Assembly: GCA_025558095.1 (NCBI GenBank) | Contig: JAIVFI010000017.1 | Span: 372,001-436,000, forward strand | DNA: 64,000 nucleotides | Direction: 5' to 3' | Origin: Hyaloraphidium curvatum SAG 235-1 | Taxonomy: Eukaryota; Fungi; Monoblepharomycota | Shown: in pieces, positions 21,179 through 33,318 of the stretch | How positions within the stretch are numbered: the first letter of the stretch is position 1 | Layout: every line of letters starts with the position of its first letter | The notes under the pieces: generated by a model | The model's database searches: none | Seen by the model: only the letters and a program-made list of their open reading frames with translations | What the model was told of the DNA's origin: nothing | Program-made: the position numbers and the translations under genes

Positions 21179-24067
21179 TCAGGGAAGCATGGTGTCCCCC
21201 GAACTCGGCGGCTCCTTTTCCTTCTGCACCACGTCCTCGCCGCTCTTAGACTGGATGAACTCGATGGCGCCCTTTTCCTCGAAGGGCCGCGGCCCGAGCA
21301 GCGCGATCATGTCCTCCCGCCCGATCACTTCCTTCTCCAGCAGCAGCATGGCCACCTTCTCAACCTCGGCCTTCTTCTCCGTCAGCAGCTTCATCGTCCG
21401 CTCGTACGCGCCGTCGATGATCTTGCGAACCTCCTCGTCGATCAGCCGCGCGGTCTCCTCCGAGTACGGCTTCTGCAGGTTCTGCCGCATGTCGTCGCCG
21501 CGGCCGAACGAGACGGGGCCAAAGTCGGACATGCCGTAGGTCATGACCTGCGCGTAGGCCATCCGGGTGATCTGGTAACGGTCGGAGGTGAGAAGACATT
21601 GCGAACGGCGAAGCACAAAGCCCACCTTTTGCAGGTCGTCCTGCGCGCCCGTCGTGATGGAGCCGAAAAAGATCTTTTCCGAGACGCGCCCGCCCATGGT
21701 CATGACCATCATGTCCGCCATCATCCGTTCGCTGTGCAGGAACTTTTCCTCTGGCAGGTACTGCGCATAGCCCAGCGCAGCCGACCCGCGCGGGATGATG
21801 CTGACCTGGAATCGGGGCCGATCTCAGCGAGGGTCGACCGCGTGCGGCGAGGGACAAACCTTGAGCAGCGGGTGGGCGTACTGGAGGAACCAGCCCGCGA
21901 CGGCGTGGCCGGCCTCGTGGTGCGCGACGATCTTCTTCTCCTCCGGGCTGAGCACGCGCGACTTCTTCTCCAGCCCCGCGATGACGCGCTCGATGGCCTG
22001 CTCAAAGTGCTTCTCCTCCACAAACTCGGACATGCCGCGGGCGGCGATCAGCGCAGCCTCGTTGCAGACGTTGTGCACGTCGGCGCCCGAGAAGCCGGGG
22101 GTGAGCGCGGCGAGCTTCTTGGCCAGGCGGTCGAGGTCGAGCTTGGTCTTGATCGGCTTGAGGTGCACCAGGAAGATCTCGGAGCGGCCCTTGATGTCGG
22201 GGCGGTCGATGGCGATGTGGCGGTCGAAGCGGCCGGGCCGCATGAGCGCAGAGTCGAGCACGTCGGGCCGGTTGGTGCCCGAGAGCACGACGACGTGTTC
22301 CGAGGTGTCGAAGCCGTCCATCTCGACCAGCAGCTGGTTCAGGGTCGACTCGCGCTCGTCGTTGCCGCCGCCGAACCCGCCGCTGCGCCCGCGGGCCTTG
22401 CCGATGGCGTCGATCTCGTCGATGAAGATGATGCAGGGGGCGTTCTTTTTGGCGTTGGAAAACAGGTCCCGTACGCGAGAAGATCCGACGCCGACGAACA
22501 TCTCAACGAACTCCGAGCCGGAAACGGAAAAGAACGGCACTCCGGCCTCGCCGGCGGTTGCCTTGGCCAAAAGGGTCTTGCCGGTGCCGGGCGGGCCCGA
22601 AAGGATGGCGCCCCGCGGGATCTTGGCGCCGAGCTTCTCGTACTGCGGGAACAACGATTAGACACGTTCAGGAGGCTCCAAACGCGCAGAAAATCACATT
22701 CTCTGGATGTTTAAGAAATTTCACGAACTCCATGATCTCCTCCTTGGCTTCGTCCATGCCCGCGACGTCCTTGAACTTGACCTTGACGTCCGTCTCCTGG
22801 TTGTACAGCTTGGCGCGGCTCTTGCCGATGCCGAAGATGCCCTGCGGCCCGCCACCGGCGCCCGCGCTCGCCCGCCGCGACAGCCAGACCAGGAACCCAA
22901 TCATGGCCAGGGTGGGCACGACGTTGATGAAGATGTTGGTGAAGGAGACCTCGTTGCCGTACGTGACGGGGATCCGCTCGCGGAGGGGGATGCCGAGGTC
23001 GCGCTGGGCGAGTTCCAGGCTGCGTTCGAAGGATTCGACCGAGCCTGGGGGCCGGGGGTGGTCAGATCGGGGTTCGAGGGTGGCCGGCCGCAAGATCGGA
23101 GATCGGGTCGGCGTCGGCCAACGCGCATCCCCATCCCGCGGCCGCAGAGCAAGAGAATCCCACCGATAGTAAAGTAGAACCGCGATCCGGTGCGGGTCGA
23201 GCCCTGGAAGGGCACCCCGGCCCGGCCGCCGATCTGCGCGGGGGCGTCGGGCCTGAGGTAGACCCGGACGATCTCCTTGTTGACGACGACGAGGTGGTCG
23301 ACGTAGCCCTTCTCCAAGAGGCTCGTCCGGAAGTCATTGAACGAGATCTGCTGCGACGAGTCGCTCCCCGAGGTGTACTGCCACATGAGGTAGCCGATCG
23401 GGACCGCCATGTACAGCATTGTGGCCGGGGTCAGCTCAAAGCCCTGTCCCGGTGGTCGTGGTGGCATTTTGGGTCCGGCTGCAAACAAAACGAAAGGCGG
23501 CGAGCGATGGGATGCGGGTGGGGGTGGGAGGTGAAGGACGGAGGAAGGGTGGAATCGGATCGGACACGTCAGATCATGCCCGCAGAAACGAGAGATCGGG
23601 GCGAACCCACCCTTGCCCTGCTGCGACTTGCCCTTCTGCTGACGCTTGCCGTCCTGTCCTTCCTCCGTCCCGGCGTCCTCGTCCTTCTTCCCGCGGCCGC
23701 CTGGTTCCTGGCCGTCGCCGGCCTCGCGTGCCTCGCGCTCCTTGGCGCGCTTCGACGCCTCCGACGGCTGCTCGAAGAAGTTCTCGAAGCCCTTCGGCAC
23801 GTAGTTGCCGTCCTTTGGCGGCATGCCAGGCGGCGGCGTCGGCTTCTTCGCGCTCGGGTCCGGGTCCACGGGTGTGGCCAGGCCGCGGCGCTGTGGCCGC
23901 AGGAAGACGTGGCGCGCGGGCGGCGGGCGCGGCAGTGCCGCGGCAGCGCACAGAGGGCGCATCGCGGGCAGCGGGCCGCGGAGGGCGCGCAGGCCGCGGG
24001 CGGCGCGCGGCGCGGCGGGGGCGATCCGCGGCAGCGCGCTCGCGGCGGCCCCGAAGGTCGCCGCCAT
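21179..24067 (-). CDS. AFG3: Mitochondrial m-AAA protease subunit (Afg3/Yta12 type)
   Basis: Presequence, 2 TMs, [44 protein letters not shown] zinc motif; ~5 introns. AFG3 versus YTA12 not resolved. Confidence 0.93.
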
Positions 24068-24416
24068 CGCTGCGGCGGCGGGGAGCGGGTCGCCGGGTCC
24101 GACACGCTCCGAGGCTCGGGCCGCGGAAACAGACAGAGGATCACGCAAGCAGTCGCACGGACAGTTGTGCCGTCCCCGCGATCCCCGCCGCTAAGCACGC
24201 AGGCTAGGCTCCGCCGTTGATACGGGAAAATCGGCGCCCCAAACAACGCCGAATCCCGCTTGCCCCGCGGCCCGCCTGGACCTCTGCCGGCGCCGCCGCC
24301 GGGCCGACGAGTGCATTTCGGGCACATCGCCCGCCCGCGCCCCGGAAGACAGCGGCCCCGGGCCCCCGGCCTCGCCCCACCCCCCGGCACCCAACACACA
24401 CGCACACGCCGCCGAG

Positions 24417-26830
24417 ATGATCTCCACCAGCGCGTCCTCGAGCAGCCTGCAGATGGACCCCCCGCTCATCGAGAAGCGCACAACGTTCGGCCGCGGCCAC
24501 GTCGGCCGACACCGCTTCCATATGGGCGCGAGCGATGCAAACCTCGCGCGGCCGCAGGCCGAGCCCAACTCGGCCGACGCCGGCATGGGCCTCGCGCACG
24601 AGCAGAAACCGCCGCGCCCGCTCATGCCCGAGCACAGCGACGACGGCCGCTCGGAGCTGGAGATCCCCACCATGGTCGCCAAGCTGTCGGCCGTCGGCCT
24701 CAACAAGCGCGACTCGGAGGCCACCCAGACGGACCTGTCCAGGTTCGCGTCCGTGCAGGACTTTGGCGCGCACCAGCAGCAGGCTGCGGTGTCGCCGGGG
24801 ACCGTGGACGACTGGGTGGCGCCGACTCTGAGCGCCACCGACTCGGGCATCGAGATCCTGCTCCGGAGGGCGAAGCAGTCGGCGACGTCCACCAAGGCGA
24901 GCAGCTTATAATCGGCATCCGTACGGTCGTGTCTTACATGGAGCATTGCTTCAGATTGTCGGCGACTTTTTCCAGCAGCGCGCCAACATCGAGCGGACCT
25001 ACGGCCGCGCCATACAGGAGCTGGTGCGGAGCACGCTGAGGGAGCTCGAGAGCAAGGACGGACAGGGCAAGGAGCAGTGCGTGTCTAATGTCGGACCGGC
25101 GCCCATTCCTCTGACGCCGAGCACTTGACAGGACGTTCGGCTCGCACTTCCGCGCCTTCCTCGGCGTCCACGACACCATCGGCCAGAACGCCCTCGTCCT
25201 CGCCGACCGGGTGCAGGAGATTTCCGTGGACAGCTACGCTAATGCCGGCGAGGTCACGCGGCGCCGGAAAGCGTGCAAGGAGGCCAATGAGCGCATCGCA
25301 CAGGAGATGTCTGCGTCGCTGAAGACGCTCGCAAAGGTTGGTGCGCAGCTGCCGGTCGCTTGAGCCCCGCCCAATTCACCGCAAACCAGGCCGAGCAAAA
25401 GTACCAGCTGGCGGCCCAGGACTGGGAAAAAGCCCTCCACGGCGCGGAGCTGGTCGAGATCGAGCAGGGATTCAACACCGCGCCCACGAGCCCGCTCAAG
25501 AAGCCCTTCTTCAAGACCCAGAGCCCGGCGGAGAAAGTGCGGGCCCAGGTCGACGACGCCGTGCGCAAGACGGATGCGGCCAACGTGTCCTTCAACGTCC
25601 AAATTGCGCAGACAAACAAAGACCGCAAGGACTACCTGACGCAGAAGATCCCGTCGGTTATCCAGGTTCGTGTCGGTACGCTGACCATCCATCGGGGTTC
25701 CTCACGCCGCTCCACGCGCCCGCAGAGCCTGAAGCGGGCGATCGACGACGCCGATGCCAACCTCCAGTTCAGCCTGGAAAAGTACAGCGTCAAGTACGAG
25801 GAGCGCGTCATGAGCGACGCCACCGCACTCAGCCCCCTGGACCCCAACGCCCCGAGCCTGAAGCGCACCGTTGCCGGGATCCGCAACGACCAGGACCTCT
25901 CGGACTACGTCCGCGGGGCCCTGCGCACTGCGTCGAACGGCAACGACGATAGCGTCGAGTACATCCCCCTGGCTTCCGAGGTCAAGAACCGGGACGTATT
26001 TGGGGAGACCCTCGAGGCCATCTGCGACCGCGAGGGCAGCGACGTGCCCTACGTGGTGCGCAAGTGCACCGAAGTCATCGAGCGGTTCGCCATCAACGCC
26101 CCGGGGATCTACCGCAAGAACGGGAACCCCTCAGACGTCCAGCGGCTGAGGGCGCTGTTCAACGCTGGTGGGTGGAGCTGTCATTCGGACCGGCTGCTAG
26201 ATGCTGACCGGCCCGCAGTCGAGGTCGACGGGGATGTCGTCATCTCGGACAACATGGTCGCGGGCGAGAACATCCATGTCATCTCATCGGCGCTCAAGCT
26301 GTTCTTCCGGGAGCTTCCCGACCCGCTGCTCACCAGGCAGCTGTATGAGGGCTTCCAGCAGGCTGCCAGTGAGTCTGAGCCTCTGATCGGATTGATTGCT
26401 TGCTCATCGCTACACCATCAAGTCCTTGCCCACGACGTCATCCGGGGTCAGCAGATCCACGACCTGGTCAACCACCTCCCCGACCGCAACTACATCGTCC
26501 TGAAGCATCTCATCCGGCACTTTTTGAAGTGAGCATCAACTGGTCATCACACCGGTGATCCGCTCACAGTGTCCCCGCAGGATGTGCCAATACCAACACA
26601 TCACGAAGATGGGCCCCATGCAGCTCGCCGTTGTCTGGGGCACCATCCTCGTCGGCGGCCCTATCCGTCAACCGACGTCCCCGGTAAAGACCGGCCAGGC
26701 CAAGGGCAGCGCCATAGACCTCTTCGGCCTCGGTCCCAAGGACCAGGGTCCGGCGGCTACCATTCAGAATGATGCCAAAATCCTGGAAATCATCATCCGC
26801 GAGGCGGACAAGATGTTCGACTTCGTCTGA
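24417..26830 (+). CDS. F-BAR + RhoGAP protein (Rgd1-like)
   Basis: GIEILLRRAKQS...FFQQRANIE (FCH), VFGETL...VPYVVRKC...GIYRKNG (arginine finger), ALKLFFRELPDPLL; ~7 introns, the first GC-AG. Confidence 0.9.
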
Positions 26831-26939
26831 TCCGGAAAACATAGACCCGAAACAGCAGCCGTCGCCCGAGTCGGACATTGGCTCCTGGTATTCAGCGGCC
26901 TGTAGATAGTGAATATCATTGCCCGGATTGACGGGGCCT

Positions 26940-28450
26940 TCAAACGAAATCCGGCTTGCGCTGGCGAAGCCAATCGGCTGCCCGGGCAGCATGTCAGGGA
27001 CGTCCACGCGCTAGCAATCGCAGCACGCACTCATTTGCTTCCAAAAATCGGCGACGACCTGCGAGTCCTGGTGCCGCTTGGACCGCGAGAGGTCGAGGGT
27101 GACCACGTTCCAGTCCTTTACGGGATCCTTCAAGACCTCATCCTGATATTTGAAGTAAAACCCCCGCACTGGACGCGCCAATGGCGTTAGCGATAGTTGC
27201 TCAGTGACCCCACGACGTCCGCACCGGCATGGAAGAGCTCCTGCGGTTCCCGGAAGCGGGGGTTGTAGTTGTGGAACTGCCATTTCTGCCCCTGCGCGAC
27301 CACGCCAACGACTTTCGCCCACTCGTCCTGCTTGAGCGACCCAGCCGAGTCGATGAAGCGGAAGACGATCGGGGTCCCGTCGGCCTTGGTCCGCTTGACG
27401 TCGACGTACTGCGGCTTGTCCATCGTCTGCACCATTTCCGTCGTGACGGGCCGGTAGTTCTTCTCGTTGAAAAACGCGTTGGCGTTGTACAGTTGGATCA
27501 TCGCGTTTGCGGACGACGGAAGGAGGACAAAGACGCGTGTCGGGCCCTTGGAAGCAGACGCTGACTGGGATGAAGTCGACCGAGACTGCTGCGGCTGCGA
27601 ACGGGAAGAAGAGCTCGCGGGCGGTGCTCGCGAATCGCGCGAAGCTGTTGGATTTACAGTCAGCAACGCAGCGGCGCGGCGACGTCGAACGACTCACCTC
27701 CGTTCGCTGCATGAAGAGCCTGCCCCCCCGCGGACAGCTTCTCCAAAAGAATAACCCCCACACGGCGAACTGTTTCGAACCCCTTTCCGGCCCCCTTGGC
27801 GGACATGCACGTGTGCCGGTTCTGAATCGTCCGTTCCCGGTCCGTGATCTCCTTGACGGCCGCAACGTCGTCGAATCCAGCCCGCATCCTCTTCCTTGAA
27901 TCGTCTTCGGAAAGCAAGCTATCGGCAGGCCGTTTGACTGGATGACGGCGTTCCTTTAGTGAAGATCCTGGGACAGTGCCACTGGAGTCTCACCGCCAGA
28001 AGTCGCCGGAGCTGCGCCATCCCGTTCCTCCTTAGCCCTCTCCGTGCGGGCAACCTCCCGCTTGTCCTCGAGCGCGACGACATCGTCCTGCGGCGTCTCA
28101 AGCCACGCAACGACTCTGTTGACCTCCACGAGCGAAACAACGCCGACGTTCCTGCTCGAGCACGCCAGCACATAGCGAGTGTGAGCGAACTGCGTGGAAT
28201 CCGCCGGGTAGTTGGCGATGAAGAAAATAATCTCCCCGACGGTATAGCGCGCAGCTCCGCCGGAGACGTAGCCCGACGGCGCCGACAGTGGGAACGACGC
28301 GGGTCCGTCTGGGGACGCGAACACCGCAACATTGTCCGGGGCTGCGAAATCGTCCGTGCGATCCCCCGACGGCGACCGCAGCTCGTAAGGCTTTTCCGAT
28401 TGTGCCCGCTGGGCGAAAGCAACGCGCAGGAACCGGGCAGGGGTGGCCAT
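26940..28450 (-). CDS. CDC73: Paf1 complex subunit Cdc73
   Basis: ITDRERTI, LLPSSANAMIQLYNANAFF, EWAKVVGVVAQGQKWQF, WNVVTLDLSRSKRHQD...FW; 4 introns. Confidence 0.9.
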
Positions 28451-28642
28451 CGCGTCGTCTTGGATGGATAGATTGGCTCCTCGGACTCTTCTCAGAACTT
28501 TTCGTGTCGTCGACAGAACTTGCTCGGACGCTGCTCATCGAGAGCTAGCTTTTCACACTCTCTCGACGGAGAGTTACGGCAGAATCGGAAGCGTCCGGTT
28601 TGGTACAGTTCAGAACCGGTTTTCTAGATCTAGCACGCCAAG

Positions 28643-30157
28643 ATGAGGTGGGCATGAGAAGGGGGGTACACTGGACTCCTGCTGACGCGAATCGGCGTGG
28701 AAAGCGTCGTCGACAAGATTAAGGAGATAGAATTGGAGATGAGCAGGACCCAGAAGAACAAGGTGGGGTATCGCGTGGAGTTCTGGGGTGCCCGTTCTTA
28801 TATTCCACTCGGTCGTCCATCGAAATGATACTAGGCAACCGCTATGCACCTGGGTCTTCTGAAGGCGAAGCTTGCCAAGCTGAAGCGAGAGCTGATTACG
28901 CCCTCTGGAGGGGGTGGCGGTGGAGCGGGCGTGGGATTCGACGTGGCGAAGGTGACTCTCGAACTCCTCGGCAATCGATCGACTTTCTGTCTGCAACGTT
29001 GCTTCCATTTCGCAGACCGGTGTGGCGCGCGTCGGATTCGTCGGATTTCCCTCGGTGGGAAAATCTACGTTGATGAGCAAGCTGACGGGAGTCCACTCGG
29101 AAGTTGGAGCGTGGGTTGATTCGCTGCTCCTCCTGTTGCGACAATTCAAGCCCATTGCAGTTACGAGTTTACGACCCTTACAACTGTACCGGGCGTCATC
29201 CAGTACAAAGGCGCCAAGATCCAGATGCTGGATCTCCCGGGTATCATTGAGGGCGCGAAGGACGGCAAGGGTCGCGGTCGTCAGGTACTGTGGAGCCCTG
29301 CGCTTTCGTAAGGTGTCACCTAACAGGAAAAAAGGTCATCGCTGTTGCTCGCACGTGCTCCCTCATCTTCATTGTCTTGGACGTGCTGAAACCGCTGACC
29401 GACAAGCGGATCATCGAGCGGGAACTCGAAGGCTTCGGGATCCGGCTGAACAGGCAGCCGCCGGACATCACGATCCGGAAGAAGGATCGGGGCGGTGTCT
29501 CGTTGTCGTCCACCGTAAGCCTTACGTATCTGGACCTGGAGCTGATCAAGTCGATTCTTGGCGAGTACAAGATCCACAACGCCGACGTGTCGCTGAAGTG
29601 CGATGCGACCGTGGACGACCTCATCGACGTCATCGAAGGGAACCGGAAGTACATCCCTGGTTTGTGCTGTCCTGATATCGGGAGAATCGGGCAGCTGATC
29701 GCTTTGTCAGCCCTTTATGTTCTGAACAAGATCGACCAGATCACCATCGAGGAGCTCGACGTCGTGTACAAGATTCCGCACGCGGTTCCCATTTCGGCCC
29801 ACCACGGCTGGAACTTTGACGACCTGCTCGAGAAGATGTGGGAGTACCTCGACTTGGTCCGCATCTACACGAAGCCCAAGGGCCAGCTCCCCGACTACTC
29901 GGCACCGATCGTGCTTCGGCGAGAAGCGTGCACCATCGAGGATCTGTGCAACTCTATACACAAGACACTGACGAAGCAGTTCAAGCACGCGCTCGTGTGG
30001 GGCAGCAGTGTCAAGTATAACCCTCAAAAGGTCGGGAAGGATCACACTCTGAAGGATGAGGACGTCGTTCAGATCATGTGGGTGCCGTGCCGGTATCATT
30101 GCTTCCGACCAAGACGGCTAATGGGAACTGTTCGTGCTTTGCAGCAAGAAAATCTGA
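28643..30157 (+). CDS. RBG1: Developmentally regulated GTPase DRG1/Rbg1
   Basis: EMSRTQKNK...[56 protein letters not shown] domain; ~7 introns. Confidence 0.96.
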
Positions 30158-30249
30158 AAGCAGTGCGCGGACAGATGTCTGATCGGTCATCATTCTTTGC
30201 CACGGTAGCGGACTTGTAGGAAAGATGTTGGGATGAAGACATCAAGATC

Positions 30250-32142
30250 TCATTTGGAAAAGAACTTGGTGATGCTAGCCTGCGTTGCACTGGCCTTCCC
30301 CGTCTTCGCCTTCTGCGATGCTCCGACAGGCTTCTTTCCCGACGCCGGAGACGCAGTTGCGGACCGTCCGCGGCATCCGCTGGCATGCTGTTCGATCTCC
30401 GCGTTGGGAAAGCTGCGATCGCAAAGTGGGCACACGGCAGAAGCCGAGGCCGACGGGGTCGCAGACGGGGTTTCGTCATCAGAGTCGAGCGCAATAACGC
30501 CGTCGCGGCCTGTTGTCGCATCACTCTTGATCGCCGTCCTTTCGACATCATCCGGCACCGTCTTCTCGGCAGACGACGCCAAGGGACGTTGTCGAGCAGC
30601 GCCGCCGAACAGCTTGGCAAAAGACTCCTGCTTATCGCGTTTCGCGTCGACAAGGTCTCCGAATAGCCCCTTCACTTTCTCCGCTTTCCGCGATGCTTCC
30701 GCGGGATCTTTGCTCCAGATCACGGTCGGAACGATCCTCGTTGGCTTGACAAAGCGCACGAAATCCCGCAGCTCAGAGAAACTGCTGTGCTCGCTGTACG
30801 GCACCTGAACGAGCTCGAAGCGCGAGCCTTCAGCGGTCGTTTTCTCCTGCACGGCGTAGCCCTTGTCCCCGCTCTTTTTGGACAGCTCCCACGTCCATCC
30901 CGTAGGGACGAAGGCCATGACGTCGGTATACAGAGGAACGTCGCGACCCGATTTCTCGATCCGAGTGTTCTCAAAGACAAGGCTCTGCGCAAAATAGCGC
31001 CAATCGGCCAGGAACGTCCAGCCGCCGGGGGCTGATTGGCCGAGCAGGCTCCACGGCAGCACGTGGATCGGGGTTTCCGGCGCATCAAGCGTGAACCACC
31101 GCGAAAGCGGCGGCTTCGCATCCACGTCCTTCTCGGCGCCCTCGACGCGACCCATAATGTCCGAGAGCTCCAGCAAGCTGAGCACTGCCCACTTCCGCTT
31201 GCTGACCAGCATTCGGAGTCCCGTCCGCGCGAACACGGCATCCAGGACCTTCTCTTTTCCGATCGTGTACGTGGCGATCAGAAACAGGGTCCGCCGTGGA
31301 GCTTCGCTCGCCAGGCGCTGGGCGATGAGATCTGCGATGATGCCCATTGGGACCTCCTGCCGCGGAAAGAGATGTTTCGGGTTCGCATACGTGTTGTCGA
31401 GAAAGAGCTCGTCGATGGAGATGCGGATGGGAACGTCGCCGTCGGGGGCCCGCTGCGCTGACCAATTCTCCCACCAGCCGGGCCAAGCCGGAGTTCTCTC
31501 GGGGTCGAACCGGAAATCACCGCAATGAAACACTGCCCATGCCTGGCGAAGGTGCTCCCGGCCGCGCTTCAAGGACCCCACAGCAGCAGCGCCATTCGCA
31601 GCAGCAGCACCCTTCTTGGGAGCTTCCAGTTCCCGAGGAGCAAACCCCCGGAAAAGCACGCAGATAGCGCCAGGGCAATGATTGGCATTCATCGCTCGGA
31701 GCTCGACGCCGTCGATCCATACGCTGGTGTCGAGCGGGATCGGCCTGATGTACTCGGGCTTGACGCCGAGCACGTGGCACAGAAGGCGGCCCGTGGTCTC
31801 GCTGCAGTAGATCGGGCCGGTGTCCCATCGTTCGCTGATCCCCTGGTAATGGTCCGAGTGGAAGTGGCTCAGAAGGTAGACAAAGTCCGGGGATCTATGC
31901 CGGAACGCGTCGACGAGAATGCGTGAGTCGCGGATTCGCTTGTACGACGGCAAGTCGCGAGGAGACTGCAGTTCCGCAAAGGACGGCGTGGGAGCACCGG
32001 GCGGAGACAGGCAGGAGGCTGGGAGCGGCGGCAGATCGATGACAGGAGTAGGGGCCGCGTCGAATGCGTCGTCTTCGGCCGACGCGAGGAATCCGTCGCC
32101 TTCGGTTTCCAGGTGGAGGTCTTCATCGTGTCCTCCGCTCAT
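30250..32142 (-). CDS. PSO2: Pso2/SNM1 DNA cross-link repair nuclease (MBL/beta-CASP)
   Basis: LSHFHSDHYQG, ANHCPGA, HCGDFR, LFLDNTY, YTIGKE, VPYSEHSSFSEL; C-terminal UBZ-like finger and PIP box. Confidence 0.92.
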   Translation of the reverse strand: MSGGHDEDLHLETEGDGFLASAEDDAFDAAPTPVIDLPPLPASCLSPPGAPTPSFAELQSPRDLPSYKRIRDSRILVDAFRHRSPDFVYLLSHFHSDHYQGISERWDTGPIYCSETTGRLLCHVLGVKPEYIRPIPLDTSVWIDGVELRAMNANHCPGAICVLFRGFAPRELEAPKKGAAAANGAAAVGSLKRGREHLRQAWAVFHCGDFRFDPERTPAWPGWWENWSAQRAPDGDVPIRISIDELFLDNTYANPKHLFPRQEVPMGIIADLIAQRLASEAPRRTLFLIATYTIGKEKVLDAVFARTGLRMLVSKRKWAVLSLLELSDIMGRVEGAEKDVDAKPPLSRWFTLDAPETPIHVLPWSLLGQSAPGGWTFLADWRYFAQSLVFENTRIEKSGRDVPLYTDVMAFVPTGWTWELSKKSGDKGYAVQEKTTAEGSRFELVQVPYSEHSSFSELRDFVRFVKPTRIVPTVIWSKDPAEASRKAEKVKGLFGDLVDAKRDKQESFAKLFGGAARQRPLASSAEKTVPDDVERTAIKSDATTGRDGVIALDSDDETPSATPSASASAVCPLCDRSFPNAEIEQHASGCRGRSATASPASGKKPVGASQKAKTGKASATQASITKFFSK

Positions 32143-32294
32143 CGGATCTTCGACTTCAAAGAGCGGACTCCGGGCCAGTTGCGTTGGGAAGCAAGATATG
32201 CGAACGCGTAAAACACAGTAGTGACGCTCGGACCGCCGCCGTGCAATTCTCCGAACTCCGACGAGCGCTCGGTCCACTTCATCGGCGAGGAACG

Positions 32295-33276
32295 ATGGCC
32301 TCGCTGAACGGATCCGACGGAATGGCGACGCTGGCCGGAGAGCTCTCTCGCACGATTGCCCTGTTCCCGCTGCACCATCTCGAGGACCACCTTCCCACCG
32401 CCGCCATCACCGCGCTCCTCTGTCAGCTGGCCTACCTCTCCTCCTTCACCGTCTTTGAGTCCCTGTCAAAAGCCTACCGTACGCTTGAGCGTGCGAAGAA
32501 GATCGACTTTGGCACCCGCGTGGTGTCGACATGTTTCAGCACTTACGCCGTTGCAGCCTCGCTGATGACCGTGGGCGATCCGCGCCTGGGCAGCGACAAG
32601 CTCTTTGGCTACTCTTACGAAGCTGGGCAAGTGATGGGCGTCGCTCTGGGTTACTTTCTCTGGGACCTGTTCATCTGCACCCAGCACTTCCGCCTTTTCG
32701 GACCGGGCTTCTTGGTGCATGCGATCTGCTGCATCAACATCTACCTGTGGATCATGCGGCCGTTCCTCATGTACTTTGGAGTGAAGGTCTTGCTCTGGGA
32801 ACTCAGCGTGAGTGCGTGGCGTCATCGACGGCACTCCGATCCTTACACGCGTAGATCAGACTCCGTTTGTCAACAACCATTGGTTCATGGACAAGCTGGG
32901 CTACACGGGATCCAGCTTGCAGCTGGCAAACGGACTTCTCCTCATCGGTGCATTCTTCGGCATCCGCATCGTGTACGGCAGCATCACGAGCACCAAGTTC
33001 TTTTGTGTGTGCGATCGGCCATTCCCGTGAAAGCAAACTGACATCCATGCCGCTGGACCAGACGAAATGATTTCGCGGCGCGACGAGCTCCCTCCTTATC
33101 TGCCATACATCTATGGAATCGGCAATCTGACACTTAACTTCCTCAACTTGTTTTGGTAGTGTGGGCACCCCACCGCGCAGGCGTCAGTAGCTGACCGGCA
33201 ATCCAGGTTCTCCAAGATGATCCGCAGCGTGCACTCCAGGTTCCACAGCAGCGAGACAGAGATCAAGAAGCAGTAG
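32295..33276 (+). CDS. TLC (TRAM/LAG1/CLN8) domain membrane protein, TMEM56/Tda4-like
   Basis: GYFLWDL, GFLVHA, WELS-TPFVNNHWFMDK, FFGIRIVYG, LNFLNLFWFSKMI; 3 introns. Confidence 0.88.
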
Positions 33277-33318
33277 CAGACGAAGTAGCATCGGAAGTGT
33301 AAATCAAGAGTTTTTGGA

